A DNA stretch of 64,000 nucleotides from Octopus bimaculoides. Taxonomy: Eukaryota. A program made the translations under genes and the position numbers. Of this stretch, positions 35,701 to 48,037 are shown one piece after another (positions within the stretch are counted from its first letter, which is position 1; the number at the start of each line of letters is the position of its first letter). The stretch spans positions 166,404,472 to 166,468,471 of the forward strand of contig NC_068982.1 of assembly GCF_001194135.2 (NCBI RefSeq), in the 5' to 3' direction. The notes beneath the pieces were generated by a model that did not search any database, was not told where the DNA came from, and worked only from the letters and a program-made list of their open reading frames with translations.

Positions 35701-38700
35701 AAACTGAAAGCCCATTATGTATGTCTGTGTGTCTGTATTTGTGCCCTACCAGTGCTTGACAATCAGGACAACCACTGTTGGTGTGTTTACACCAAGTTAA
35801 TGGTTTGGCAAAAGAGAACAATAGAATAAGTACCAAGCTTAAAAAAAAAGTACTGGGGTCAATTCATTCGACAAAAAAATTCTTCAAGGTGGTGCCCTTG
35901 CATGGTGACAGTCTAATGACTGAAACAAGTAAAAGATAACCAAATTTTAAAATATATATATGAAAATGAAAAGGAAAACCTGGTATTTTCTTGTAGAATG
36001 GGCATCCACTAAAATAAAATTTTCTCTCCTGATAGTTTTTGCTGACTGGTAGTGTTGGTAATGATGATGATGTTGGGGTTGAACTTTCCATGGTAACAGC
36101 CTGTTGTTTTACAGGTGGTTTGTGAAATAACTGCTTGAATTGGTCAAGAGATAGAACAGTTTTTGATACTTCTTCCTTTGAGGAAGACCAAGAAGGGGAT
36201 TTTTTTACTGTTGTGTCATCTGTTACCAGAAAAAATTCATTAACTGAAGACTTGTTGACTGTTCCTGAACAAGTTGTTTGAAATGGAACTGACACAGATT
36301 TGCTAATTTCCTTAGAAGAAATATTAGACTGGGAAAAAGATAAGAGGGAGGTTTGATTATTCTGACTAGTTTTCATAAATTTATACAAATTAGTTTGCTT
36401 TGAAGTTGAACAAGGTTTTCTTGGTGAGCAGAAATTTGCTTTCTGTAATTTACTTTTAGATGTTACCCTCTTCTGAGAGACCAAAGGTTTTTTCTTTAGC
36501 GGTGTTTTATTATTGACAGTAACAATCTGGGAGAATATTTTGTCATCATCTTTTAAAGAAGAAAATTCATTTATTTTCTGTGATTTTGTCAGAGTTTCAC
36601 ATATCACTCTAGAGTCAGAAAAAGGAAGATTTGTGTTAACATCTTTAACAGGAGATGAAGATAAAGAAATGTTATAGAAATTATCTGCCTGGATATCAAA
36701 AGTTATAGTAGAAGTAGTGGAATATGGTGAGTCAGGAACTGACATTGGGGAAACAAAATCACTATCTTCATATGATTCAGTATCAGATGAACATTGTGCA
36801 GAAAATGCAAACGTTGAAAGTTTTTCTTCTGTTGGTGTAAACAAGTCTTGAGTTTCTGCAATATCTGAAATGGCTGGTGAGGAAAGTTTTGAAACACTTT
36901 TATTGCTTCCATTATCATCAGAGTCATCTGACAAAAATAACTGTCTTTTGCTAGATTCTCTCAACTCTTTCCTTTTTAATGAGTTAGATACATTTTCTAA
37001 TGAAATGCCACTGCCAACTGCTTGAGTAGAACAAACGGTATTTTTTTCAACTTGACATGTTAAATTTTTTTCACTGTTCAATGCATTCAATATCTTTGGT
37101 GAAGTGTTAAGATGCTTCTGAACTGTATGAGGTGACAAGCTATCACGGTGAAAATAAGATAGAGTTTTAGTCACAGAGTTACACGAAGGAGATTTTAATA
37201 AAGGTTTTGTAGGTGTAATCTGTTTGGAAGTGTTATAACCACTTGATTTAGGAGGTGTAATAATCCATTTTTTATTTTCAATTGATAATGTTGCTTGTGT
37301 TGACAGGGACAGTGAAGACAATCCTCGAGACAATTTCTTCCTAACTTTAGATGTAGATTTAAATTTACTTGGTGATTTCTTGAAAGACTTTGAATTCTTT
37401 TCATTTTTAATTTTGCTTTTGTTAAATGTTTGACTAAGGTTGATGGAATTTTTAACCAGTGTGGAAAAATTACTTGATCCTTTGAAATCGTCAAAGGTAG
37501 AGTCATACTCATCATCTATAAAATAGAAAAGAAAAAAAAAAAAGATTAATACATCTACAATAGAGAATTTCATTCAGTTCTTTTCCACAACAAAATAATT
37601 CCTTAAAAGCAAACTTTTATTGCATAGGCAAAGAAAGGCATGGGTGAGTGGCTAAAAACTCATTTTGCAACAGGGTTTCTAATTCACTGATCCTCTTGGG
37701 GTCCGCAGTTGGTGAGCCATTTTCATCTAGAAGCGGTCCTATTTTGTAACACACTGAAGCAGATTCTTTCGCATATCTATAGACGGCCTTAGGGTCCGCT
37801 TTGATGTTTTTGATAGCTCTGACTTCCTTTTCAAGATCACTCACAAGTATGGTATCGCGAGTCTTGCTATTGCGTTTTTTTGTCTTGTGGTGATCTGTTC
37901 TGCCCGGCCTTCGGGTGATTAGGATGAGGGCAGCGTACCTGGGGCTTGGGATACACATTCTTTTACACCTATTACATTTTTTTTTGTCGTTGTTTCGGTG
38001 ACCGGGAGTTAAACATTAACCAAATCAGGTACTAGGGGAATACAAGGGTCCCGAATTATTGACTTAATAATACAAGGGGTCCGACCATATCCTCTGTGAA
38101 TTCTTGATTGTTTTTAATCTAGTTTTTTTACAAAATTTACTATATTTGTTCATTTTATTGATATAGGATAGAAAACAATAAACTAAATACGTTTCGTAAT
38201 TTTTTTTTTTTTTTTTTTTTTTTNNNNNNNNNNGGGTTAGGATCGACCATTCACGACTAGCTAGTGCGGACGCGCGACTGCGCGTTCGGGACCGTGCTGC
38301 TTTAGTAGTACCCGTTAAGTCAACATTTCAGGACCCTTGTGTCGCACTAGCACCCAAAATGTTTGCAAATCACACAAAAAAAAAAAAATACACATAGCAA
38401 TATTCGTAGATATCCAAAAAAAAGAGGCGTTTAGGGTTAAACAACTGATGTTTACCAGATACTTTGCAAGACACGTTCTTCGTGGCCACAAAACTTTCTG
38501 GTTCAATTTTTACAATACCTTTTTCTTTTTTAATTCCAAAGCTGGATGTTTCAAGTTTCGGACCTAAATAATTAGCAGTTTTCTCTTTATTTTGAGAATA
38601 AGAATATGTTTCATTGTTAATGCTTGAATGTAACGACTTCGTTTTCCGTCGACGAAGCGGTATAAAGTTCCAAAGATCGTCATCGTTGCTTTCTTTTGAC

Positions 38701-38702
38701 AT
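23487..38702 (-). CDS. DCLRE1A: DNA cross-link repair 1A protein (SNM1A; MBL/beta-CASP nuclease), complete, 9 exons, 906 aa
   Basis: Exons (minus): 38519-38702, 35980-37515 (...CPFYKKIPG), 34628-34761 ([11 protein letters not shown]...THFHYDHY), 33326-33444 (...LMDANH), 31291-31443 (CPGS...HTGDFR...LYLDTT), 28709-28854 ([11 protein letters not shown]...[11 protein letters not shown]), 26573-26727, 24236-24377 (KPTGW), 23487-23638 ([21 protein letters not shown]...PTVN...stop). Total 2721 nt, all phases consistent, all GT-AG. Confidence 0.96.
26959..27127. mobile_element. piggyBac-like MITE, diverged
   Basis: 'ttaa|ccctctaacattcag' to 'caaatgcttaaggg|ataa': degenerate CCC...GGG TIRs with TTAA-like flanks. 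Confidence 0.55.
27741..28280 (+). mobile_element. Tc1/mariner-superfamily transposon relic (maT/DD37D-like), internally deleted and 3'-truncated
   Basis: Left end 'ta|tagggtgcggtggataaattg'. ORF pieces '[19 protein letters not shown]' and '[15 protein letters not shown]...[11 protein letters not shown]...WPPNSP'. Confidence 0.8.
28405..28688 (+). mobile_element. RTE 3' UTR/tail copy
   Basis: Near-identical to 10221-10500. The (GAT)n tail ends ~20 bp from the donor of DCLRE1A exon 6. Confidence 0.85.
29400..29735 (+). mobile_element. RTE LINE ORF 3' relic
   Basis: Degenerate '[17 protein letters not shown]...[19 protein letters not shown]' reading, equivalent to the RTE 'WYGHVxRM...GRPxKTW' end. 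Confidence 0.7.
31913..32835. mobile_element. Repeat with ~85-bp terminal direct repeats (possible non-autonomous Penelope-like element)
   Basis: 'aaatgggacaagaac.caaa..atccagacagtaggtgatacaaaaaagggacaacaaaacat.cagatagacgatacaaagaaa' at 31913-31997 and ~32753-32835. An internal segment at 32540-32645 is also present inverted at 1080-1180. Confidence 0.5.
35587..35940 (+). mobile_element. tRNA-derived SINE (family of 22320-22752)
   Basis: 'cttcccaactacatagttctatattcagtcccactgcatggcacctgggcaag...ggggtcaattcattcgac...atgactgaaacaagtaaaag'. Ends ~40 bp from the DCLRE1A exon 2 donor. Confidence 0.8.
37620..37900 (-). mobile_element. LINE (CR1/L2-like) ORF2 fragment
   Basis: '[49 protein letters not shown]' resembles the 'NPKxFYxY...IGPL' linker upstream of the RT domain. 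Lies in DCLRE1A intron 1. Confidence 0.6.
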
Positions 38703-38845
38703 AATTCACCTGACACGTTACATAACATTTTCCTAAGGAACAACTTATGTCACCATTATAAGCAAAACCGAACAGTTTTCATAATTTAATGAAAGATGCG
38801 CCAAAATTCGGACGAAGCTATTTACCCATGACGTCTCTTAGTTTC
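38703..38845 (-). promoter_or_regulatory. Putative DCLRE1A proximal promoter with E2F-type and CRE-like motifs
   Basis: TTTGGCGC (minus, 38798-38805) fits the E2F consensus TTTSSCGC, ~100 bp upstream of the ATG. TGACGTC at ~38830. Locally CpG-richer than the background. Confidence 0.4.
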
Positions 38846-39145
38846 GTAAGTTTACACACTTACACACACACATATATATACATGTAATTGAGGGTTGCCA
38901 CATATTACATACTGACTTACATCAAATAATTTTTTTCAAAATTTCAAATTTCCTCTTGTGGATATATATATATATGATGTGTGTCGGTATGTATAGGTGC
39001 ACGCTGACATATTTTCTTTTCTTTACATTAAATTCTGATATAATCGTAATCGACACCATTCGAAAGGTATTTATAGAAAATTTCAGCGAAGCGCTATCAA
39101 AAAGCCGCACACATGTACTCGAGTTTGAGTAACATGCCCATTGTA

Positions 39146-39357
39146 CAGGGTGTCCACAAAGTCTGGGTACATGGGGATTAACACATACTTTAAGAAATTA
39201 TTATTTCTTATATTTAATTGGTTATGTTATGATTATATTTACTTCATGTACTCACATGGGGATTAAGACATACTTTAAGAAATTACTATTTCTTATATTT
39301 AATTGTTTATGTTATGATTATATTTACTCCATGTACCCAGTCTTTGTGGACACCCTG
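39146..39357. mobile_element. Tc1/mariner MITE with internal 85-bp tandem duplication
   Basis: 29-bp TIRs 'cagggtgtccacaaag(t/a)ctgggtacatgg' with one mismatch, TA on both sides. Internal unit repeats at 39169 and 39254. Confidence 0.9.
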
Positions 39358-39559
39358 TAGTTAGTCTATTTGCTTTATTGTCAGTGCACCTCTGCTGCTT
39401 GAACAGATCAGGTGGTTTCAGTGTAGGACAAAAAAAAACCTGAAGACGAAACCCTAATTGGACAAAAATATATATATAAGAAGAAAACAAGCAATGTTTT
39501 ATCCTTATTATTTGGAGTTTATGAACACTTCTCTAAGATATACAATATTACATTAATTA

Positions 39560-42500
39560 CTAGCAGTATAGCCCGGCTTTGCCCGGGATTAAGTTGGAAT
39601 TATTAAGCTAATCAAGTTCTTTATTTCAAACCAAACTAAGTAACATGACGTCAAATTTGGGCAGAATCAGTGTTGCAACTGGAGCGCATGGGTTGAGAGT
39701 TTGATGGGCAGAGGTGATCAGGTTACACATGCCATCCCTTTGAAAACACCACCGCCATCATCTAACCCCTCTTTGCTCATGGGTTAGGAACCCGGAGAAC
39801 ATTATTTTTCTTTGTGGTTGGGTCGTTGATGACCTCTTTCTAGCATATTGGATGTCCACCTAGTGGTCATCCCTTATACACGTGTAATACAATTTTTTCN
39901 NNNNNNNNNNNNNNNNNNNNNNNNNNNNNNNNNNNNNNNNNNNNNNNNNNNNNNNNNNNNNNNNNNNNNNNNNNNNNNNNNNNNNNNNNNNNNNNNNNNN
40001 NNNNNNNNNNNNNNNNNNNNNNNNNNNNNNNNNNNNNNNNNNNNNNNNNNNNNNNNNNNNNNNNNNNNNNNNNNNNNNNNNNNNNNNNNNNNNNNNNNNN
40101 NNNNNNNNNNNNNNNNNNNNNNNNNNNNNNNNNNNNNNNNNNNNNNNNNNNNNNNNNNNNNNNNNNNNNNNNNNNNNNNNNNNNNNNNNNNNNNNNNNNN
40201 NNNNNNNNNNNNNNNNNNNNNNNNNNNNNNNNNNNNNNNNNNNNNNNNNNNNNNNNNNNNNNNNNNNNNNNNNNNNNNNNNNNNNNNNNNNNNNNNNNNN
40301 NNNNNNNNNNNNNNNNNNNNNNNNNNNNNNNNNNNNNNNNNNNNNNNNNNNNNNNNNNNNNNNNNNNNNNNNNNNNNNNNNNNNNNNNNNNNNNNNNNNN
40401 NNNNNNNNNNNNNNNNNNNNNNNNNNNNNNNNNNNNNNNNNNNNNNNNNNNNNNNNNNNNNNNNNNNNNNNNNNNNNNNNNNNNNNNNNNNNNNNNNNNN
40501 NNNNNNNNNNNNNNNNNNNNNNNNNNNNNNNNNNNNNNNNNNNNNNNNNNNNNNNNNNNNNNNNNNNNNNNNNNNNNNNNNNNNNNNNNNNNNNNNNNNN
40601 NNNNNNNNNNNNNNNNNNNNNNNNNNNNNNNNNNNNNNNNNNNNNNNNNNNNNNNNNNNNNNNNNNNNNNNNNNNNNNNNNNNNNNNNNNNNNNNNNNNN
40701 NNNNNNNNNNNNNNNNNNNNNNNNNNNNNNNNNNNNNNNNNNNNNNNCACACACACACGCACAGTGGTAGAGACACACACCTTACACAGCCCTATACACA
40801 CACAGACACACACACACACCCATATATACGTGCACGCCTACATACACAGCCGCATACACATGCACACACATACACACAGGAGTGCACACACATACCTGGC
40901 ACACATCCTTACGCTCTCACACACATACACACGCACACACACATAAACACACCTCTCACATACACAAACACACATATACACACACGCACACACACCTCTC
41001 ACATACACAATACTCACTCACATACACAACACACACGCGCACACACACGCACACGGACACACACATACAGACACGCGCATACACACACACACTCGTACCT
41101 AACATTCACAATCCCACACACACACGCACATCCACACACATACACACACACGCACACACCCACATATACACAACATACACAAACACACACGCACGCACAA
41201 ATACATACACATACACACACGCGCACATACAAAATACACACACACGTACACGTACCCNNNNNNNNNNNNNNNNNNNNNNNNNNNNNNNNNNNNNNNNNNN
41301 NNNNNNNNNNNNNNNNNNNNNNNNNNNNNNNNNNNNNNNNNNNNNNNNNNNNNNNNNNNNNNNNNNNNNNNNNNNNNNNNNNNNNNNNNNNNNNNNNNNN
41401 NNNNNNNNNNNNNNNNNNNNNNNNNNNNNNNNNNNNNNNNNNNNNNNNNNNNNNNNNNNNNNNNNNNNNNNNNNNNNNNNNNNNNNNNNNNNNNNNNNNN
41501 NNNNNNNNNNNNNNNNNNNNNNNNNNNNNNNNNNNNNNNNNNNNNNNNNNNNNNNNNNNNNNNNNNNNNNNNNNNNNNNNNNNNNNNNNNNNNNNNNNNN
41601 NNNNNNNNNNNNNNNNNNNNNNNNNNNNNNNNNNNNNNNNNNNNNNNNNNNNNNNNNNNNNNNNNNNNNNNNNNNNNNNNNNNNNNNNNNNNNNNNNNNN
41701 NNNNNNNNNNNNNNNNNNNNNNNNNNNNNNNNNNNNNNNNNNNNNNNNNNNNNNNNNNNNNNNNNNNNNNNNNNNNNNNNNNNNNNNNNNNNNNNNNNNN
41801 NNNNNNNNNNNNNNNNNNNNNNNNNNNNNNNNNNNNNNNNNNNNNNNNNNNNNNNNNNNNNNNNNNNNNNNNNNNNNNNNNNNNNNNNNNNNNNNNNNNN
41901 NNNNNNNNNNNNNNNNNNNNNNNNNNNNNNNNNNNNNNNNNNNNNNNNNNNNNNNNNNNNNNNNNNNNNNNNNNNNNNNNNNNNNNNNNNNNNNNNNNNN
42001 NNNNNNNNNNNNNNNNNNNNNNNNNNNNNNNNNNNNNNNNNNNNNNNNNNNNNNNNNNNNNNNNNNNNNNNNNNNNNNNNNNNNNNNNNNNNNNNNNNNN
42101 NNNNNNNNNNNNNNNNNNNNNTATATATATATAGTTATTTATATGAGCAACACACACATACACACACGCACGTATGTACACCAATTGCATACATATTTTT
42201 TGTACGCATACATGTTCGTATGTGTGTGTGTGTGTGTTGCCCGTATATCAACAAAACACACACACCTTGCCTTACATATATATACGGATAAATGATTTGA
42301 AATAAATATATTTTGGAAATGGCGATTTACGGTACAATACCTAGAAATGTGAAAATCAGACCACATGAGTTTGTTTATATCAATTCGGCAGAGATAGAGA
42401 GAGCGCGTTCTCCCTCTCCCTTACACACATTTATCTCTCTTTCTTTCTTTCTTTCCTTCTTTCTCTCTCTCTCTCTCCCTGTCTCACACACACAGCAACA

Positions 42501-43086
42501 TTACACACACACACACATGCTGCTCTCTCACACTAACAAAACAACTTCACATACACACCACACTTTCTGTCTGGCATACTCACTATAAAAAGATAGCGTC
42601 TATTTCTTTTTGGCAACATGTGTTTTGTGTGTAATGTTGCTGTGTGTGTGTGTGTGTGAGAAAGAAAGAAAGAGAGATAACTGGCATGTGTATGTAAGGG
42701 AGGGAGAGATAGAGAGAGGGAGAGAGAGAGAGGGTATTTTTTCCTGTTTGATTGCTGCTTACCACACAGACGCTGGCAAAGAAATGAATCTCTCCTTCAC
42801 CCTCCCTCTCACAAACATACAATCTCTCTCTATCTCTCTCTCTCTACTTCAGCGCGTACGCACAGATTTGACTTCGCCATGTCAACAAACTTCAAAATTG
42901 GTAAAAGTTTATCGATTTTTACAGGTATACGCGGGTACCTCTGAGAGAGAAAGTTCACTAAAATGCACATAGGGTCATTCCGAATCTTCTAAAATTGGAG
43001 CAACATGCGTGCTAATTTGTGGACGTGCATAAACCACATTCACGTACACACACACACACATACACAAACATCTTCTGTTTTATAGA
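39560..43086 (-). mobile_element. Non-autonomous Helitron-like element filled with degenerate (CA)n repeats (two N-gaps)
   Basis: Minus-strand 3' end 'cccgggcaaagccggg' hairpin, then 'ctatactgCTAG|t'. Candidate 5' end 'a|TCtataaaaacagaagatg' at 43086. Continuity across the gaps is assumed. Confidence 0.6.
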
Positions 43087-43559
43087 TATTGATATAATAA
43101 TCCCAATCCCAAAAATGAGCAGAATAAACATAATAAAAAGAACACCGTATCTTCGAAAAATTTAAACAAACATAATATTGGAAACGTCATTAAATGTTGA
43201 AGTTTATTTAAAGTTCATTTTACTACAACCTGATGCTGTACCCTATGCCCTTCAGAAATTCCTCCATGGTCTTCCTCTTATTCACATAGTCCAGAGCGGG
43301 ATTTTGTCCTGACCCCAGATAACCTTCGCCCCCTCGTATTTTAGAGCACATGTCTTATCTCTGACAACACTGGTTTGTGCTTTGAGTTAAAGAATTAGTC
43401 AAGTGTCAATTTTTCCTCAAGCTGCGATACATTTCCTAAGTGCCTCTTCTCAGTTTATACCTAAGTTCGCCCTCTAATCTATTTTCTCAATACTACACCT
43501 TATTGATTCTACTCCAATTGCCCTTTTTCGGTCATGCTACTGTTTTTGTTGATGATTGC

Positions 43560-44260
43560 ACCATACAACGCTCACTTAATTAGTTTGCTTCTCTGTAAGC
43601 TTGGCAAGCTGGGAGTGATGCATTCAGCTACTAATAATCAGGTCCCTACTTACGGAGCATATAGGCTGACAATACAGTTAACAGATTTGTGATCTGTGCA
43701 ACTGATGACTTTAAATTGTGAACAACCTATACCATCCCTATCTAATGGCCTACGGAATATTGTATCTAGATATGATATGGATGAGCAGATGTGGTTTGTC
43801 CATGTCCATGCTGGCACATTTAGGAAATCCAGTTGGTATCTATCAGGCAGCTAGAAATGTCTGAGCAGGTTTCTGAAGCTTTTGCACACTTATCCCCTAT
43901 TGGCTAGGCCCATCCACCCCAAGTGTACATCCAAGATACCAGTCTTATCACCCTCTAACTCTAGGAAACATAACATTCCAGTGAAACACTCCAGATGCCT
44001 AAAGAATTCAGGCTGCCTGGACCCTGGTAGATCATAGATGGCTACTAGAAGATGGTCCATATTGTGAGATCCAAACTTTTCCAAAACAACACAGCAACTC
44101 CTCCTACCATCCCAGGTGATAGGTGGACCTCATATCTACCAAAAATCAGCATTATGATCTCACTGATGACCCCTACAATTATGTTTAGTGATGTGAGGTC
44201 ATTGAGCAGGTGGTCCTCCTTCAAGGCAATACCAGGTCACATGTACGTATGCAGCCAATT
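43560..44260 (-). mobile_element. L1/Tx1-like LINE endonuclease relic
   Basis: Degenerate readings 'LLNDLTSLNIIVGVISE', 'LVAIYDLPGSRQPEFFRHLE...GDKTGILD' and 'SYLDTI' follow the order of APE-domain motifs. Confidence 0.5.
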
Positions 44261-44651
44261 CTGAGTAAAGCTATGTTTGACAGAAAGAGGGAAGTGAGAA
44301 AGACAATCCTGTGGTCAGGACGGGTGTTCCATCCCTCTGGTTAGGTGTTCCCACAAGTCTTTCTTTATAAACTTTTTATTGATATTTCCTCTGAAGTCTC
44401 CTATTCCATCAGGATTTTTTTTTTTTTTGATGGCATTGTATATGTTTTATGCCATTTGGATCCTTTCTCATGTGGTGTGAACCATAAAATAACTTTTTTC
44501 AGCTTATTGAACTTCAATATGGGAAAAACTTACAACCTTCTATGCCAAATAAACTATTATTGTTCCTGAAAGTTGTTTTTTATACCTACTACAGACTGCT
44601 CAAGATTACCAACTTGCTATACCTAGATCCTAGAATCTTACAATTACATAT

Positions 44652-44688
<37 letters not shown>

Positions 44689-44691
<3 letters not shown>

Positions 44692-45938
44692 GGGTTGAAC
44701 AAAATAATGGAAACACCTTAAAATTTCAAACAGATTTATTTTAATATGGAGTACAACCGCCTTTGGCAGTTATTACAGCTTGAATTCTATGAGGTATGGA
44801 CTCGTACAAAGTTTGAATTGTTTCCAAAAGAAATTTTGTCTATTCTTAGCTAAAACAGTCTCCAGTTCCTGTAGTGATGATGATCATGCAGGATATTAAC
44901 TCCTTACTTGTTTTTCTAAAATGCACCATAAATGTTCAATGATATTGAGAACTGGGGACTGTGGTGGCCAGATAAGATGTTCAACTTCACTAGAATGTTC
45001 CTCGTACCATTCAGTAACAGCTTTAGGTGTCTGAATTGGTGCATTATTATCCTGAAAGATTGCGTTTCCCTCCAGAAACAGTTCTGCAAACACAGGATGA
45101 ATTTGATCAGGTAATATGCTTAAATAGTCTTGACTATTAATTCTGCCATGAAGGGAAACCATTGGGTTGGTGGATTTCCAAGATATAGTCCCCCAAATCA
45201 TCACAGATCCTCCTCCATGTTTAACAGTTGGAAGAAGGCAGTCTANNNNNNNNNNNNNNNNNNNNNNNNNNNNNNNNNNNNNNNNNNNNNNNNNNNNNNN
45301 NNNNNNNNNNNNNNNNNNNNNNNNNNNNNNNNNNNNNNNNNNNNNNNNNNNNNNNNNNNNNNNNNNNNNNNNNNNNNNNNNNNNNNNNNNNNNNNNNNNN
45401 NNNNNNNNNNNNNNNNNNNNNNNNNNNNNNNNNNNNNNNNNNNNNNNNNNNNNNNNNNNNNNNNNNNNNNNNNNNNNNNNNNNNNNNNNNNNNNNNNNNN
45501 NNNNNNNNNNNNNNNNNNNNNNNNNNNNNNNNNNNNNNNNNNNNNNNNNNNNNNNNNNNNNNNNNNNNNNNNNNNNNNNNNNNNNNNNNNNNNNNNNNNN
45601 NNNNNNNNNNNNNNNNNNNNNNNNNNNNNNNNNNNNNNNNNNNNNNNNNNNNNNNNNNNNNNNNNNNNNNNNNNNNNNNNNNNNNNNNNATTACGCTAGC
45701 ACCTGCCATACGAGCACCAACAATTTGACCTCTTTGAGAGTCCGATAGATCTGTCATTTTAATGAATTTTAATTACCTTTTTCTGATTATATCTGAAAAG
45801 AAACAGCAATTTTAGCAAAATATATTAAGCAACACTAATAATAAATAAAAAAACATAAAAATAAACAAGCTTTTGACAGTTTTATAGATATTTCAAAATT
45901 ATGATGCTAGGTGTTTCCATTATTTTGTCCAACCTCTG
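44689..45938 (-). mobile_element. Tc1-like transposon, full extent, degenerate transposase (central N-gap)
   Basis: 29-bp TIRs 'cag(g/a)ggttg(a/g)acaaaataatggaaacacc', TA flanks. Transposase start 'MTDLSDSQRGQIVGARMAGASV' at 45757 and catalytic part 'MIWGTISW...FQDNNAP...WPPQSPVLNIIEHLW'. Confidence 0.92.
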
Positions 45939-46727
45939 TACAAGTAGATATTAAAAGTTTTTATATTTTCAAGTTTATACTCATATCTACATTGATCACA
46001 TTTCAAAAATTTTAGTTATTATTTCTATTTGCATGTAAATGTTAGACAACATTTATTTAACTTAGGAAGTTTATTTTAAGTCAGATCATTTAAACTCACA
46101 GAATATTTCTCCACTTGATAATTAAAACTCTAAATCATATTTTTTCTAATATAATTCAGACTTTCTCCCTTCCTTCTCCTGTTCTCTCTCTCTCTATGCC
46201 ACTCTTTCTCCCTTCCTTCTCCTGTTCTCTCTCTCTCTCTCTCTATGCCACTCTTTCTCCCTCCTTCCCTTCTATCTGCTACCCACATGTGACCACTGAC
46301 TGTTTTTCTATCTTCTGTCTTCTTGCCACTGGATGTTTATCGTGCTGGTCAATCTTTTTTCTCTTCTCAATTCTGTTCTTTTTTTCTCTTCCCAATTCTG
46401 TTCTTTATATCCATTTAAGGATTTCTCACAGGCATTAATCCATCATTCTTATATCTGGCCCCAAGGCTATATTTATTTATTTACTGTCTTCATCTATTGT
46501 TTCAAATTACTGTGGTTTACTTTTGTACATCCACCCTGTATTATTTTGTTTGCTTGAGCCCATATACTCTGCAAATCTTGTGGGTGCTGCTGATATATGA
46601 AGTCCCTAGTCTTATCGTTAAAGGCATGAAACTAGGTATTAGTATTTTTTCAGTCAATAACTGATGAAGTATTAGGGTTCTGGTGTCTGTCCTACATGCA
46701 TATTTTGAAGTATTTAATGCATTTTTC

Positions 46728-46764
<37 letters not shown>

Positions 46765-47996
46765 NNNNNNNNNNNNNNNNNNNNNNNNNNNNNNNNNNNN
46801 NNNNNNNNNNNNNNNNNNNNNNNNNNNNNNNNNNNNNNNNNNNNNNNNNNNNNNNNNNNNNNNNNNNNNNNNNNNNNNNNNNNNNNNNNNNNNNNNNNNN
46901 NNNNNNNNNNNNNNNNNNNNNNNNNNNNNNNNNNNNNNNNNNNNNNNNNNNNNNNNNNNNNNNNNNNNNNNNNNNNNNNCTGAACCCAGAACTACATGTT
47001 TGAGAAGCAAATTTCTTACCACACTCCCACACTGTTATTGATTTTTCTTTTAAAATAGGACAGTATGAACTTTTAAAGATGCCTACTCCTTCAAAAACTT
47101 CCTAGACGGGCAGGCAACAACTTTCATTGATTACAGCACATTTTTTCATGTCATCATTGTCCATTGTTGTGGCAGGTTCTCCACATTAGGAATTGGCTTA
47201 GATGAATGTTATTTATAATTTGAAATGTTAGTACTATTCATGACATTCAATAAGGCTTAAATAATCCTCTTTATGGGCTTGTTGCAACATTAGAAGAGTT
47301 TCCATTAAAGTTTGAAACAGAATTCCACACAAACATATTGGTCTTCCAAATCATCCATTGTTTAACTTGCAACAAGTCACCAAGTATGCCAAACAGATAT
47401 ACACTCTAGCATATATAAACCAATGATTAAATGATAATGGTGTGGTGTGGCTATAATTAGATTGAAGGTCAAGGTCATGTATATTTAACACTGCAGTTAC
47501 CAGTACAGTTAACTGGGTGGTTGTAAACTTATAACAAAAAAAAAGATTTTCTAATAGATTTTATCACATTACAAGAGAATTAGAATAAGTAATACTTTTG
47601 TTTCATTGAAATTCAAGAAAGCGTTAAGTAAAGAAGTAAAACTATTGAAATAAAAGAAACATTTAAGAAACCAAAATACATATATTAGTTTTTACTGCTT
47701 TTATTTCTATATACAACACTGTATATAATAAATCACAGGTAGGAAATTATAACAATCAAACAATCTCTGTGAGTACAATGTTAACATTTTCATAATCGAG
47801 ATGTCTGTGAGATCCTCTTGTATATGTTCTTCATTCCTGACAAACTGTTTAATAATAAAATTAATTTCAAAATGGCTGTAAGAAAATAATAATACAAGTA
47901 TTTTCTGAAATGATGAAATGAGAGAAACTGAACTGGATAGTGTCTGTGAATTGTCTAGGTTATTTGTGAATTGAGTCAAAGACCAAAATAAAAGCA

Positions 47997-48037
<41 letters not shown>

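Noticed and set aside
38370-38518. Extension of the 110-aa ORF past DCLRE1A exon 1
   Set aside because: Read-through into intron 1. The donor at 38518 gives the correct phase with exon 2.
39848-42295. 815-aa His/Thr-rich ORF and overlapping Cys/Val-rich ORFs
   Set aside because: Translation of (CA)n-type microsatellite plus N-gaps; not a protein.
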